The notes below the pieces were generated by a model that saw only the letters and a program-made list of their open reading frames with translations, was not told the origin of the DNA and ran no database searches. From Acutalibacteraceae bacterium (GTDB lineage Bacteria; Actinomycetota; Coriobacteriia; Coriobacteriales; UMGS124), in the NCBI GenBank assembly GCA_963619535.1, contig CAVEWV010000001.1, forward strand, positions 7,132-71,131: a stretch of 64,000 nt of DNA. Direction: 5' to 3'. Position numbers and translations under genes: made by a program. Positions 10,801 through 20,023 of the stretch are shown one piece after another; position 1 is the first letter of the stretch, and every line of letters starts with the position of its first letter.

Positions 10801-11518
10801 GCATCATGTCGCTCACGGTGCCCAGCGTGGCGATGTCGGTATACCCGCGCCAGATGTCGGGCTTTCCGAGCTTGGCGCCGAGGGCCTCGATGACCTTGAG
10901 GGCGACGCCCACGCCGGCAAGCTCCCGGGAGGGGCAGTCCGGGTCGATCTTGGGGTCGCAGACCGGCACGCCCTGCGGGACGAGGTCGCCCGGCTCGTGG
11001 TGGTCGGTGATGGCGACGTCGATCCCAGCGGCGAGCAGCTCCTCGCACTCCCTGGCCGAGGCGATGCCGGTGTCCACCGTCACGATGAGGTCGGGCTTGC
11101 AGATCGTGAGGAGCCGCTCAACCGCCACCTGCGACAGGCCGTAGCCCTCGCCGAAGCGCATGGGGATGAACGGCTCCACCCTGGCGCCCAAGTCGCGCAG
11201 GCCGCGCGTCATGAGGCAGGTCGCGCTGATGCCGTCGACGTCGAAGTCGCCGAAGACCGCTATCTGCTCGCCGCCCTCGATGGCCGCGAGGAGCCGCTCC
11301 ACCACCTCGGCCATCCCGGGGATCAGGTAGGGGTCGGCCCAGTCGCGCTCCAACGAGGGGGTGAGGAAGTCCCTGGCCTGCTGCGCGGTGGTGATTCCCC
11401 TGCCGGCCATGATGCGGGCCGCCAGAGGGGATATGCGGCACTCGTCGGCTATGAGACGGGCCACCTCGGGGTCGTAGGAGACGACCTCCCATCGTTTGCT
11501 GCGGGCCAGGGACGCCAT
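7850..11518 (-). CDS. recJ: RecJ single-strand-specific 5'-3' exonuclease fused to a HIRAN domain and a RecQ-like SF2 helicase (1222 aa)
   Basis: aa 1-570 carry the DHH motifs (AVFGDFDVDGISA, IVTVDTG, ITDHH), the DHHA1 motif GGHAGAVG and an OB-like tail. aa ~608-705 are HIRAN-like (KAVGVTFESRQGYV...REPHNPNDPNAVAL). aa ~745-1100 carry helicase motifs I (ATGRGKS), II (VVDEAHH), III (VTATA) and VI (QMSGRAGRDG). The ATG overlaps the secF stop (TAATG). Confidence 0.93.
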   Translation of the reverse strand: MASLARSKRWEVVSYDPEVARLIADECRISPLAARIMAGRGITTAQQARDFLTPSLERDWADPYLIPGMAEVVERLLAAIEGGEQIAVFGDFDVDGISATCLMTRGLRDLGARVEPFIPMRFGEGYGLSQVAVERLLTICKPDLIVTVDTGIASARECEELLAAGIDVAITDHHEPGDLVPQGVPVCDPKIDPDCPSRELAGVGVALKVIEALGAKLGKPDIWRGYTDIATLGTVSDMMLLTGENRSLVADGIVRIRSLSNPGLVSLAGQARRDLSAMTADDLAFSLIPRMNAAGRMDDPAIALRLLMAGDVDTSEAIAAQLEDINRERRAIERQLFDEALALVQATYENGRVIVVGGQGWHEGVKGIVASRMVALYHVPVLLFTISDGVARGSGRSVGDVNLFEAVESCSDLLIRFGGHAGAVGITLDAGNLDAFRDRMEEYLSALPEDSFQDRSSVAAVVDVAELTVPNITSLAVLQPFGQGNEVPLLAACGVTMTDRRRRGEEGRHLSFTVNDASGSCQAIMFNAENVEALVECDEAVDIIFEPKVETWQGRVSCKMHVRDVLRRSQADCELPSPATVRLIDDLFDNAEQYISESELESLANAPQFHTKAVGVTFESRQGYVARLVEGDVLRVVREPHNPNDPNAVALLDCEGCRVGYLKRFIAAAIAPRIDRGAAYRAVVENVTGGADGRPFGVNVLVTSEGDVAGSDELAQAQARAAERARLSGLTSEQVTDELRSLLIGDHDLLDAQRRALANLEAGTSTLCVMATGRGKSLIFHVHAARCALLQNKASVFVYPLRALVSDQSYHLGRVFDRLGMTTRVLTGETPMEERAAVFEGLAAGQVDIVLTTPEFLAIHSDRFAQTRRVGFLVVDEAHHAGQAVSGARASYLDMPRVLHELGDPCVLAVTATASPKVGSEICRLLSIGPAGVVLDPSVRENLRVLDERGRLDRDERLVSLLASGQKTLVYVNSREQTVNIARTLRRRVREFGHRVAFYNAGLSRADRAAVEDAFRSGEVLLVVSTSAFGEGVNLPDVRHVVLYHLPFDEVEFNQMSGRAGRDGADAYIHLAYSGADARINERVLACDAPVRDDLVCLYRVLGRHDREARLSGQEGFTLTNAELAAECASIGCSPAFGVKGVSCGISIFRELGFVTTAGYGVARRISLVPSPERMDLARSIRYLEGLNALGQFDAFRRWALESDSDTILARINRPILPIDEH

Positions 11519-12498
11519 TAGCGAACCGTCTTCTCAGACTCGGGCTTGGCGGCGTCCTTGCCCTGTGCCGCGGCCTTGTCGCCGTAGCGCCTCTCGGCCT
11601 CGCGCCACTCGGGCTCGCGGCCCTTCCACAGCGCGTAGGCGGGAGCCGCCAGCACAAGCGAGGAGTAGGTCGACAGGACAAGGCCGCTCACCATGGCGAA
11701 GGCGAAGCCCTTGAGGGTGTCGCCGCCGAACAGAAGCAGGATGAACACGGGCACGACGCTGGTGATGGAGGTGTTGAGCGAGCGCACGAACACCTGGTTC
11801 TCCGACCAGTTGGTGATCTGCATGGCGGTGCGGTGCACGCCGTCGCGCAGGCCGCGGATGTTCTCGTTCACGCGGTTGAACACGACCACGGTGTCATACA
11901 GGCAGTAGCCCATGATGGTGAGCAGGGCGGCCACGACGTTGGGGTTGACCTCCATCTGGGTCCAGGCGTAGATGCCCATCACGATGATGAGGACCTGCGC
12001 CAGCGACAGCACGCCCATGAGGGCCATCTTGACCTCGTAGCGGATGGAGACGTAGGCGATGATGAGCGCGATGACCACGACGAAGGCGATGGCCATGGAG
12101 CGCGTGACGTCGCCGCCCCAGTTGGGGCCGATGGTGGTGACGGAGAAGGTGTTGTCGGCGATGCCCACCGACTCGGCCACCGCGCTGGCCACGGCGTTGG
12201 CCTGGACGGGGTCCGTCTCGCCGGTGCGCACGAGGAAGCCCGCCACGTCGTTGGCGTTCGTGGTCTGGATCACGGCGTCGGGCTGGCCCTGCTCGGCGAA
12301 GGCGTCGCGAAGCGCGGACTGCTCCACGCCGGAGGCGTCGTTGAAGGTGACCTGCGAGCCGCCCAAGAACTCGATGCCGAAGTTCAGGCCGCGGACGAGC
12401 AGGCCCGCGAGGGCCAGGACGACCAGGACGATCGAGATAGCGAAGAACAGGTTGCGGTGCTTCACGAACTGAATCTCATGCTTGAAATGGCTACGCAT
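11518..12498 (-). CDS. secF: protein translocase subunit SecF
   Basis: Six-TM SecF pattern (GIEFLGG, ALLTIMGYCLYDTVVVFNRV). The track start is GTG at 12507. The ATG at 12498 is preferred because GAAGGGGGG lies about 9 nt upstream. Either start overlaps the end of secD. Confidence 0.9.
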   Translation of the reverse strand: MRSHFKHEIQFVKHRNLFFAISIVLVVLALAGLLVRGLNFGIEFLGGSQVTFNDASGVEQSALRDAFAEQGQPDAVIQTTNANDVAGFLVRTGETDPVQANAVASAVAESVGIADNTFSVTTIGPNWGGDVTRSMAIAFVVVIALIIAYVSIRYEVKMALMGVLSLAQVLIIVMGIYAWTQMEVNPNVVAALLTIMGYCLYDTVVVFNRVNENIRGLRDGVHRTAMQITNWSENQVFVRSLNTSITSVVPVFILLLFGGDTLKGFAFAMVSGLVLSTYSSLVLAAPAYALWKGREPEWREAERRYGDKAAAQGKDAAKPESEKTVR

Positions 12499-13972
12499 CC
12501 TGCTCACCCCCCTTCGAGGTTGCGGTGCCCCTCTGGGCGGCCTCGGCCATGTCGGCCTTCACGCCCCAGAAGCCGGGGTTCTTGGCGACGGCCCCGCGGC
12601 CCAGCAGGCGCACGGCAGGCGTGGTGAAGACGAGCAGGGTGAAGAAGGAGCACAGCACGCCCAGGGCCAGGGTCAGGCCGAAGCCGCGCGCCGAGCCCGT
12701 GGTGAGGAAGAACAGGCCCAGGGCCGAGATGAGCGAGACGACGCCGGCGTCCAGGGCGGTCATGATGCCGTGCTTGGAGCCGCTCACCGAGGCGGTGCGG
12801 ATGGACTTGCCCGCACGCAGCTCCTCGCGGAAGCGCTCGAGCACGAGGATGGTGGAGTCGGCGGCCATGCCGATGGTGAGCACGACGCCGGCCAGGCCCG
12901 CAAGCGACAGCGCGAACAGCCCCATGGAGGACAGCGCCGCAAGAACGCCCAGGTACACGATGCCGAAGGTGAGCAGCGCGCCGGCCGTGATGAGGCCCAG
13001 GCCCTGGTAGAAGACGAAGAGGTAGAGCAGGATGATGCAGAAGCCCACCACGACGGCGATGAGGCCCTGCCACAGCGAGTCCTGACCCAGCGTCGGGCCG
13101 ACGTAGCTCGACTCGGAGTACTCAAGGCTCACGGGCAGCGCGCCGCTCTCCAGGACGGTCTTGAACGACTTGGCGTCGTCCAGGGAGTAGTTGCCGGTGA
13201 TGGACACGTCGCCGGTGGTGATGGCGCTCTGCACCGAGGGGGCGCTCTGCACCACGCCGTCGAGCAGGATGGCGATGCGGCTCTTGGTGTCGGCCAGGAT
13301 CTTCGTCACGTCGCCGAACGCCTTGGTGCCCTCGGCATCGAGGTGGATGTTGACGGCGTAGTAGGCGCTGCCCGAGCTCTGCATGCCCAGGGTCACGCTC
13401 TCGATCTGGTCGCCGGTCATGAACGCGGTGTAGGTGCCCGCGGCGAGCTCGACGTTGGAGACGCCGGCGTTGATCTTCGCCAGCGCGTCCTGGTCGGCGA
13501 TGTCGTTGAGGTCGACGAACTCCAGGGTGCCCGTGGTGCCGATGGTATCGATGACCTCCTGGGCATCGGTGGCACCGGGGATCTGGATGAGGATCTGGTT
13601 CGTGCCCTGTCGCTGCACGGTGGCCTCGGAGGCGCCCAGGGAGTTCACGCGGTTCGTGACGATGGCCACGGCGGACTCCATGTCGTCGTCGGTCACGGCC
13701 GAGCCGTCGGGCTTGTCGGCCGTCATGATGACCGACACGCCGCCCTTGATGTCGAGTCCCTGCGTGATCTTCTGGTCGAGCGGCCAGAAGCCCACGACGC
13801 ACACCGCGAGGATGACGAGCAGGACCACGAGCACGGAGGCGTACCGTTTGACCTCGACCGGCATCTTGCGCTTGCCGTTGCGCTTCTTCGTTTTCTTGGG
13901 CTTGGCCTTGGCGGCACCCGTGGCCTGCGCCCAGGCCTGGGATGCCCCTCGGGGCTCCTTGTTGTCCGACAT
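12491..13972 (-). CDS. secD: protein translocase subunit SecD
   Basis: 493-aa ORF with a basic N-terminus plus TM helix, a large periplasmic-type P1 domain and a C-terminal 5-TM bundle (LDGVVQSAPSV, ALSLAGLAGVVLTIGMAADS). AAGGGAG RBS. Confidence 0.95.
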   Translation of the reverse strand: MSDNKEPRGASQAWAQATGAAKAKPKKTKKRNGKRKMPVEVKRYASVLVVLLVILAVCVVGFWPLDQKITQGLDIKGGVSVIMTADKPDGSAVTDDDMESAVAIVTNRVNSLGASEATVQRQGTNQILIQIPGATDAQEVIDTIGTTGTLEFVDLNDIADQDALAKINAGVSNVELAAGTYTAFMTGDQIESVTLGMQSSGSAYYAVNIHLDAEGTKAFGDVTKILADTKSRIAILLDGVVQSAPSVQSAITTGDVSITGNYSLDDAKSFKTVLESGALPVSLEYSESSYVGPTLGQDSLWQGLIAVVVGFCIILLYLFVFYQGLGLITAGALLTFGIVYLGVLAALSSMGLFALSLAGLAGVVLTIGMAADSTILVLERFREELRAGKSIRTASVSGSKHGIMTALDAGVVSLISALGLFFLTTGSARGFGLTLALGVLCSFFTLLVFTTPAVRLLGRGAVAKNPGFWGVKADMAEAAQRGTATSKGGEQDA

Positions 13973-14054
13973 ATCAACTCCCTTGAGGCGGGCGGCAAGG
14001 CCGCCCGGCGGTTACAGATTCGTACAGTATAATCCTAAAAGGCGCCGACGGACC

Positions 14055-15326
<1,272 letters not shown>

Positions 15327-15346
15327 TCATCAGGAAAGAACGAGAC

Positions 15347-17836
15347 ATGAGCGCAACACGCACCCAGGCAGGACGCAGGATTCCGGAGCTTTTGAGCCCG
15401 GCGGGCACCATGGACGCATTCAAGGCGGCGCTCGCCGCAGGCGCCGACGCCGTCTATTGCGGCCTGGACAGCTTCAACGCCCGCCGCAACGCCGACAACC
15501 TCGACCTCGAGCACCTCCGGGCCGCCTGCGAGCTGGCGCACCTCGCCGGGTCGCGCGTGTACGTCACGGTGAACATCCTCATCGCACAAGACGAGATGCC
15601 CCGCGCCCTGGCGCTCGTGCACGACTGCCACCTTGCCGGGGCCGACGCCTTCATCATGGCCGACTGGGGCCTCATCAGCCTGACCCGCCAGCTCTGGCCC
15701 CAGCTCGAGATCCACCTCTCCACCCAGGCCAACGTCAACGACGCCCAGGGCGTGCGCTTCGCCAAGCAGGCGGGGTGCTCGCGCGTGACGCTCTCCCGCG
15801 AGATGGACCTTCCCGAGATAGAGTCCTGCTCCCATGAGGGCGTGGAGCTGGAGGTCTTCTCGCACGGGGCCATCTGCGTCTGCTATTCGGGGCAGTGCCT
15901 GCTCAGCAGCATGCAGCGCGGCAAGTCGGCCAACAGGGGCCTGTGCCGCCAGCCCTGCAGGCTCCCCTACCGCCTGCTCGACGAGTCGGGCGCCGACAGG
16001 GCGCGCGTGAGCGGCACGAGGCTCATGTCGCCCCGCGACAACTGCACGATAGCTGACATCGCCACGCTCAGTGAGGCGGGCTGCTCCGCCATGAAGCTCG
16101 AGGGCAGGATGAAGGCCCCCGACTACGTGGGGACGGTCACCGCCGCCTACCGCAGCGCCTTGGACGAGTTCGCCCAGGGACTCGACCCGCAGGCCGACGA
16201 CGCCGTCATGCGCGCGCTCGCCCGCGCCTTCAACCGCAACTTCACCGACGGCTACCTGCACGGCAGGCACGACAACGACTTCATGAGCTACGAGCGCGGC
16301 AACAACCGCGGCCAGCTCGCCGGCGTCATCGCCCAAGCGCAGGGCAAGCGCGCGGTAGCCAGGCTCGACGAGCCCGTGGGCCAGGGCGACCTGCTTGAGA
16401 TTCGCAACCCCGAGCGCTTCGACGACTACGTCACCGTCCCGAGCCCGCGCGCCACCGACGGCCCCGACGAGGTGGTGCTCGACCTGCCGCGCGCGATGGG
16501 GGCGGGCTGCGACGTGCGCGTCATCCGAAGCGAGGAGGGCATGGCCCAGGCCCGCGAGTTCGCCGCCCGCACCTGGCCGCGCAAGCGCCGCGTGAACGTC
16601 CGCGTGCGTGCGAGGCTGGGCGAGCCCTTCCGCGTGGAGCTGGAGACCCTGCCCGGCGACGCCCATCCCGACCTGGGCGCGGACGTGGTGCGCGCCGCCG
16701 CCGAGGGCTTCGTCGTGGAGGCCGCGCGCAGCCGTGCCGTGAGCCCCGGGGACCTGCGCGAGCACGTCGGCCGCATGGGGACGAGCCCCTTCGTCGCCCA
16801 GGAGTGGGACATGGACGTCGACGAGGGCGTGGGCATGTCGTTCTCGGCCGTCCACGCCGTGCGCGCCCAGGCCGTAGAGGCCCTGCAGGCGGCGCTGCTG
16901 CAGCCCTGGTCGCAGGGCCGCCAGGCCATCGCCCCCGCGCCCCTGAGCGTGCAGGCCAGGCCCGCAACCAGGCAGGCGGCGGCGCAGGCTGTGCTGTGCG
17001 CCCTCGTCACCACGCCCGAGGACGCCCGTGCCGCCCGCCAGGCCGGGGCCGACATGGTGTTCGCGAGCGCCATCGACCTTGCCATGGGACCGGCGAGCAG
17101 CACAAGAAGGAGGCCCGCACAAGCCCAAGAGACGCAGGCACAGGATTGGCACGACGACGTGGTCGCGCTGCTGCCCCCCGTGGCCCGCAGCGCCGACCAC
17201 GCCTACGGCGACGCCTGCATCCGCGGCGGGCGGGAGGTGTGCGTCTCCAACGTCTCGTGGCTCGCAAGCGCGCAGGAGCTGGGCGCTCAGGCCTGGCTGT
17301 GGGACTGCATGGAGCTGCACAACGCGCAGGCCTTCGAGTTCATGCGCAAGGCCGGGGCCAAGGGCGCATGGCTCTCCTGCGAGCTCGACCTGCTTGAGAT
17401 CTCCCAGCTCGCGCAAAGCGCGCGCATGCCGCTCGGCATGAAGGTCTGGGGCCACATCCGCACCATGACCACCGAGCACTGCCTGCTGCAGGCCATGGGC
17501 GACTGCGGCAAGACGTGCCCCACCTGCGCCCGGCGCGCCCTCAAGCTGGAGATGCGCGACGAGTTCGACCGCGCGAGCATCGTCACGAGCGACGCGCTGG
17601 GCCGCTCGGGGCTCTGGCAGGCCGAGACCTTCGACGCCACCCCGCAGATAGCGGAGCTCATGCGGGCCGGCGTCGAGAGGTTCATGGTCGACTGCAGGCT
17701 CTGCGACTCTCCCGAGCAGGTCGAGGCCGCGGTGCGTCATACCGCCCGCGCCTTGAAGGCCGCACAGGCCGGCAAGACCTGCGCCCCGCGCGCGGCAGGC
17801 ACGACGAGCGGGCACCTGTTCGAGCGAATCGGCTAG
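15347..17836 (+). CDS. U32-family protein with two tandem U32-like modules (829 aa)
   Basis: Start re-set to ATG 15347 (MSATRTQ). The N-terminal module carries the U32 signature EVFSHGAICVCYSGQCLLSS plus CRQPC. The C-terminal half repeats the same layout (AGADMVF..., MKVWGHIRTMTTEHCLLQAMGDCGKTCPTC). Confidence 0.9.
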   Translation: MSATRTQAGRRIPELLSPAGTMDAFKAALAAGADAVYCGLDSFNARRNADNLDLEHLRAACELAHLAGSRVYVTVNILIAQDEMPRALALVHDCHLAGADAFIMADWGLISLTRQLWPQLEIHLSTQANVNDAQGVRFAKQAGCSRVTLSREMDLPEIESCSHEGVELEVFSHGAICVCYSGQCLLSSMQRGKSANRGLCRQPCRLPYRLLDESGADRARVSGTRLMSPRDNCTIADIATLSEAGCSAMKLEGRMKAPDYVGTVTAAYRSALDEFAQGLDPQADDAVMRALARAFNRNFTDGYLHGRHDNDFMSYERGNNRGQLAGVIAQAQGKRAVARLDEPVGQGDLLEIRNPERFDDYVTVPSPRATDGPDEVVLDLPRAMGAGCDVRVIRSEEGMAQAREFAARTWPRKRRVNVRVRARLGEPFRVELETLPGDAHPDLGADVVRAAAEGFVVEAARSRAVSPGDLREHVGRMGTSPFVAQEWDMDVDEGVGMSFSAVHAVRAQAVEALQAALLQPWSQGRQAIAPAPLSVQARPATRQAAAQAVLCALVTTPEDARAARQAGADMVFASAIDLAMGPASSTRRRPAQAQETQAQDWHDDVVALLPPVARSADHAYGDACIRGGREVCVSNVSWLASAQELGAQAWLWDCMELHNAQAFEFMRKAGAKGAWLSCELDLLEISQLAQSARMPLGMKVWGHIRTMTTEHCLLQAMGDCGKTCPTCARRALKLEMRDEFDRASIVTSDALGRSGLWQAETFDATPQIAELMRAGVERFMVDCRLCDSPEQVEAAVRHTARALKAAQAGKTCAPRAAGTTSGHLFERIG

Positions 17837-17848
17837 CCTAAAACGCCT

Positions 17849-17882
17849 GCGGCCGGGCGTCGGCATCCCGCCGCCCGGCCGC
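17849..17882. terminator. GC-rich hairpin between convergent genes (terminator-like)
   Basis: 11-bp perfect stem GCGGCCGGGCG / CGCCCGGCCGC with a 12-nt loop, between the stops of the U32 gene (+) and the DUF1292-like gene (-). No clear U-tract on either side. Confidence 0.45.
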
Positions 17883-17922
17883 GCACACGATACATATAGT
17901 CCTCAAGGCCGCAGGGCCGGCG

Positions 17923-18261
17923 TCAGTCCTGCTCGGAAAGCACCTCGTCGAGGATGTCGAGCACCATCGGCTTCAGCGCCTCGTCGATGTCGGCCAGGTC
18001 GAGCACAGGGGGCTTCTTGGGGGTCGAGCCGTGCTCGACGGCGAACTGGGCCTGCTCGGCCTGCTGCGGGTCGCACAGGACGGAGCAATACGTCGCCTCG
18101 TCGCCGTCGCTTCCTGACACCAGGTCGGTGTACACGAGGTAGACGGGGCCCGCCGGCTCAAGCGAGAAGGACAGAAGGGCGTCGTAGCGGCACATGACGC
18201 CCTCCTCATCCATGTTGCGGAAGGCGAAGTCGTATACCTCGAACGTCTCGAAATCGCGCAT
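17923..18261 (-). CDS. small acidic protein, DUF1292-like
   Basis: 112-aa ORF with a GGGGAG RBS, starting 13 nt after the stop of the upstream acyl-CoA synthetase. The acidic composition and the pattern DEEG....Y..L..F......YLVY resemble the DUF1292/UPF0473 family. The assignment is by eye only. Confidence 0.65.
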   Translation of the reverse strand: MRDFETFEVYDFAFRNMDEEGVMCRYDALLSFSLEPAGPVYLVYTDLVSGSDGDEATYCSVLCDPQQAEQAQFAVEHGSTPKKPPVLDLADIDEALKPMVLDILDEVLSEQD

Positions 18262-18274
18262 GCACTCCCCTACC

Positions 18275-19912
18275 CTATGCGTGGTTCTCGCGGTCTACCA
18301 GGCCTTCCGCGCCGTAGCGCTGGCGCAGGAGCGGCTTTTCGATCTTGCCGGTGGGGTTGCGGGGAACGTCGGCGAAGATGATCTTGCGCGGGCGCTTGTA
18401 GCGGGGCAGATCGAGGCAGAAGTCGTTGATGTCCTGCTCGGTGGTGTCGGCGTACTCGGGCTTGAGCGCGATGATGGCCGCGCAGATCTCGCCCAGGCGG
18501 TCGTCGGGCAGGCCGATGACGGCGACGTCCTTGATGGCGGGGTTGGCGGCCAGGAAGTCCTCGATCTGCACGGGGTAGATGTTCTCGCCGCCCGAGATGA
18601 CGACGTCCTTCTTGCGGTCGACGAGCCAGTAGAAGCCGTCCTCGTCCTGACGGGCCATGTCACCCGTGAGGAGCCAGCCGTTGGACAGCGACTCGGCCGT
18701 GGCCTTGGGGTTGTTGTAGTAGCAGGTCATGACGCCCGGGCCCTTGACGCACAGCTCGCCCACCTCGCCGGGCTCAACGGTCTCCCCGTGGGCGTCGATG
18801 ATCTTCACCTGCCAGTTGTAGCCGGGGACGCCGATGGCGCCCACGTGCTCGATGTTGTCGACCCCCAGGTGCACACATCCCGGTCCCGTGGACTCGGACA
18901 GGCCGTAGTTCGTGTCGTACTGGTGGTGCGGGAACACTGCCTTCCACTTCTTGATGAGGCTCTTGGGCACGGGCTGGGCGCCGATGTGCATGAGGCGCCA
19001 CTGGTCGAGCTTGTAGTCCTCGAGCTTGACCGTGCCCTCCTCGATGGCAAGGAGGATGTCCTGGGCCCACGGCACGAGCAGCCACACGATGGTGCAGCCC
19101 TCCGAGCTCACGGCGTCGAAGATCGCCTTGGGCGTCACGCCGCGCAGGAGCACGCCCTTGCCGCCGCAGATGAGGCTGCCCATCCAGTGCATGGCCGCGC
19201 CCGTGTGGTAGAGCGGCGGGATGCACAGGAACACGTCGTCGTGGGTCTGGCCGTGATGCTGCTGCTCCATCTGGGCCGCCTGCGTGAGACTCTCGTGGTT
19301 GTGCAGGATGGCCTTGGGGAAGCCGGTGGTGCCGCTGGAGAAGTAGATGGCGGCGTCCTCGTACTCGGTGACGGGCACGAACGGGTCGGAGGAGGCCATG
19401 TTGCTCGTGAGCTCGCTGTAGCTCTCGGCGAAGGTGGGGCAGTCGCTGCCCACGTAGAAGAGCAGGCGGTTCTTGGAGATGCTCTGCTCCACCTGCTCGA
19501 CGCGCCCAGTGAACTGCGGTCCGAACACGAGGATGTCCACCTCGGCCAGGTCCAGGCAGTATTCGATCTCCTCGGCGGTGTAGCGGAAGTTGAGGGGCAC
19601 CACCGTGGCGCCCGACTTGAGCACGCCGAAGTAGATGGGCAGGTACTCCAGGCAGTTCATGAGCAGAATCGCGACCTTGTCGCCCTTCTTGACACCGCGC
19701 GAGATGAGCAGGTTGGCGAAGCGGTTCGCCTTCTCGTCGAAGACGCCCCAGGTGATCTGCCTGCGATAGGGCTGCATGCAGGTGCTCTGCACGAGGCTGT
19801 AGTCGCGCCAGGTGGCGTGGCTGGGCTCCTGGATCTCGGGGTTGATCTCGACCAGGGCGACCTCGTCTTTGTACTCGTGGGCGTTGCGGCGAAGGAAGTC
19901 GGTGATGGGCAT
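18275..19912 (-). CDS. AMP-dependent synthetase/ligase (acyl-CoA synthetase family)
   Basis: Start re-set to ATG 19912 (MPITDFLRRNAHEY). It has the adenylate-forming motifs IYFSSGTTGFPKAILHNH, LTGDMARQDEDGFYWLVDRKKDVVISGGENIYP and PRNPTGKI. Confidence 0.9.
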   Translation of the reverse strand: MPITDFLRRNAHEYKDEVALVEINPEIQEPSHATWRDYSLVQSTCMQPYRRQITWGVFDEKANRFANLLISRGVKKGDKVAILLMNCLEYLPIYFGVLKSGATVVPLNFRYTAEEIEYCLDLAEVDILVFGPQFTGRVEQVEQSISKNRLLFYVGSDCPTFAESYSELTSNMASSDPFVPVTEYEDAAIYFSSGTTGFPKAILHNHESLTQAAQMEQQHHGQTHDDVFLCIPPLYHTGAAMHWMGSLICGGKGVLLRGVTPKAIFDAVSSEGCTIVWLLVPWAQDILLAIEEGTVKLEDYKLDQWRLMHIGAQPVPKSLIKKWKAVFPHHQYDTNYGLSESTGPGCVHLGVDNIEHVGAIGVPGYNWQVKIIDAHGETVEPGEVGELCVKGPGVMTCYYNNPKATAESLSNGWLLTGDMARQDEDGFYWLVDRKKDVVISGGENIYPVQIEDFLAANPAIKDVAVIGLPDDRLGEICAAIIALKPEYADTTEQDINDFCLDLPRYKRPRKIIFADVPRNPTGKIEKPLLRQRYGAEGLVDRENHA

Positions 19913-19968
19913 TGCGAACCTCACATAATGGAAGGGACTCGTTTTGCGTAATTGTACACATTTGCCGA

Positions 19969-20002
19969 CGAAAAAAGCCGCCCATTTGCTGAGCGGCTTT
20001 CT
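19969..20002 (-). terminator. rho-independent terminator of ilvE
   Basis: On the minus strand, AAGCCGC-(12 nt)-GCGGCTT is followed by TTTTTCG, about 20 nt after the ilvE stop. Confidence 0.7.
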
Positions 20003-20023
20003 TTGACGCAAAAGTGGAGGAGC

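Noticed and set aside
7853-11521. A 1222-aa plus-strand ORF exactly mirroring the recJ-fusion gene (same length, offset 3 nt).
   Set aside because: It is an antisense shadow ORF. The product is low-complexity and Ala/Gly/Arg/His/Val-rich, with no RBS and no recognisable motif. The opposite strand encodes a protein full of canonical motifs. In GC3-rich genes the complementary frame rarely contains stops.
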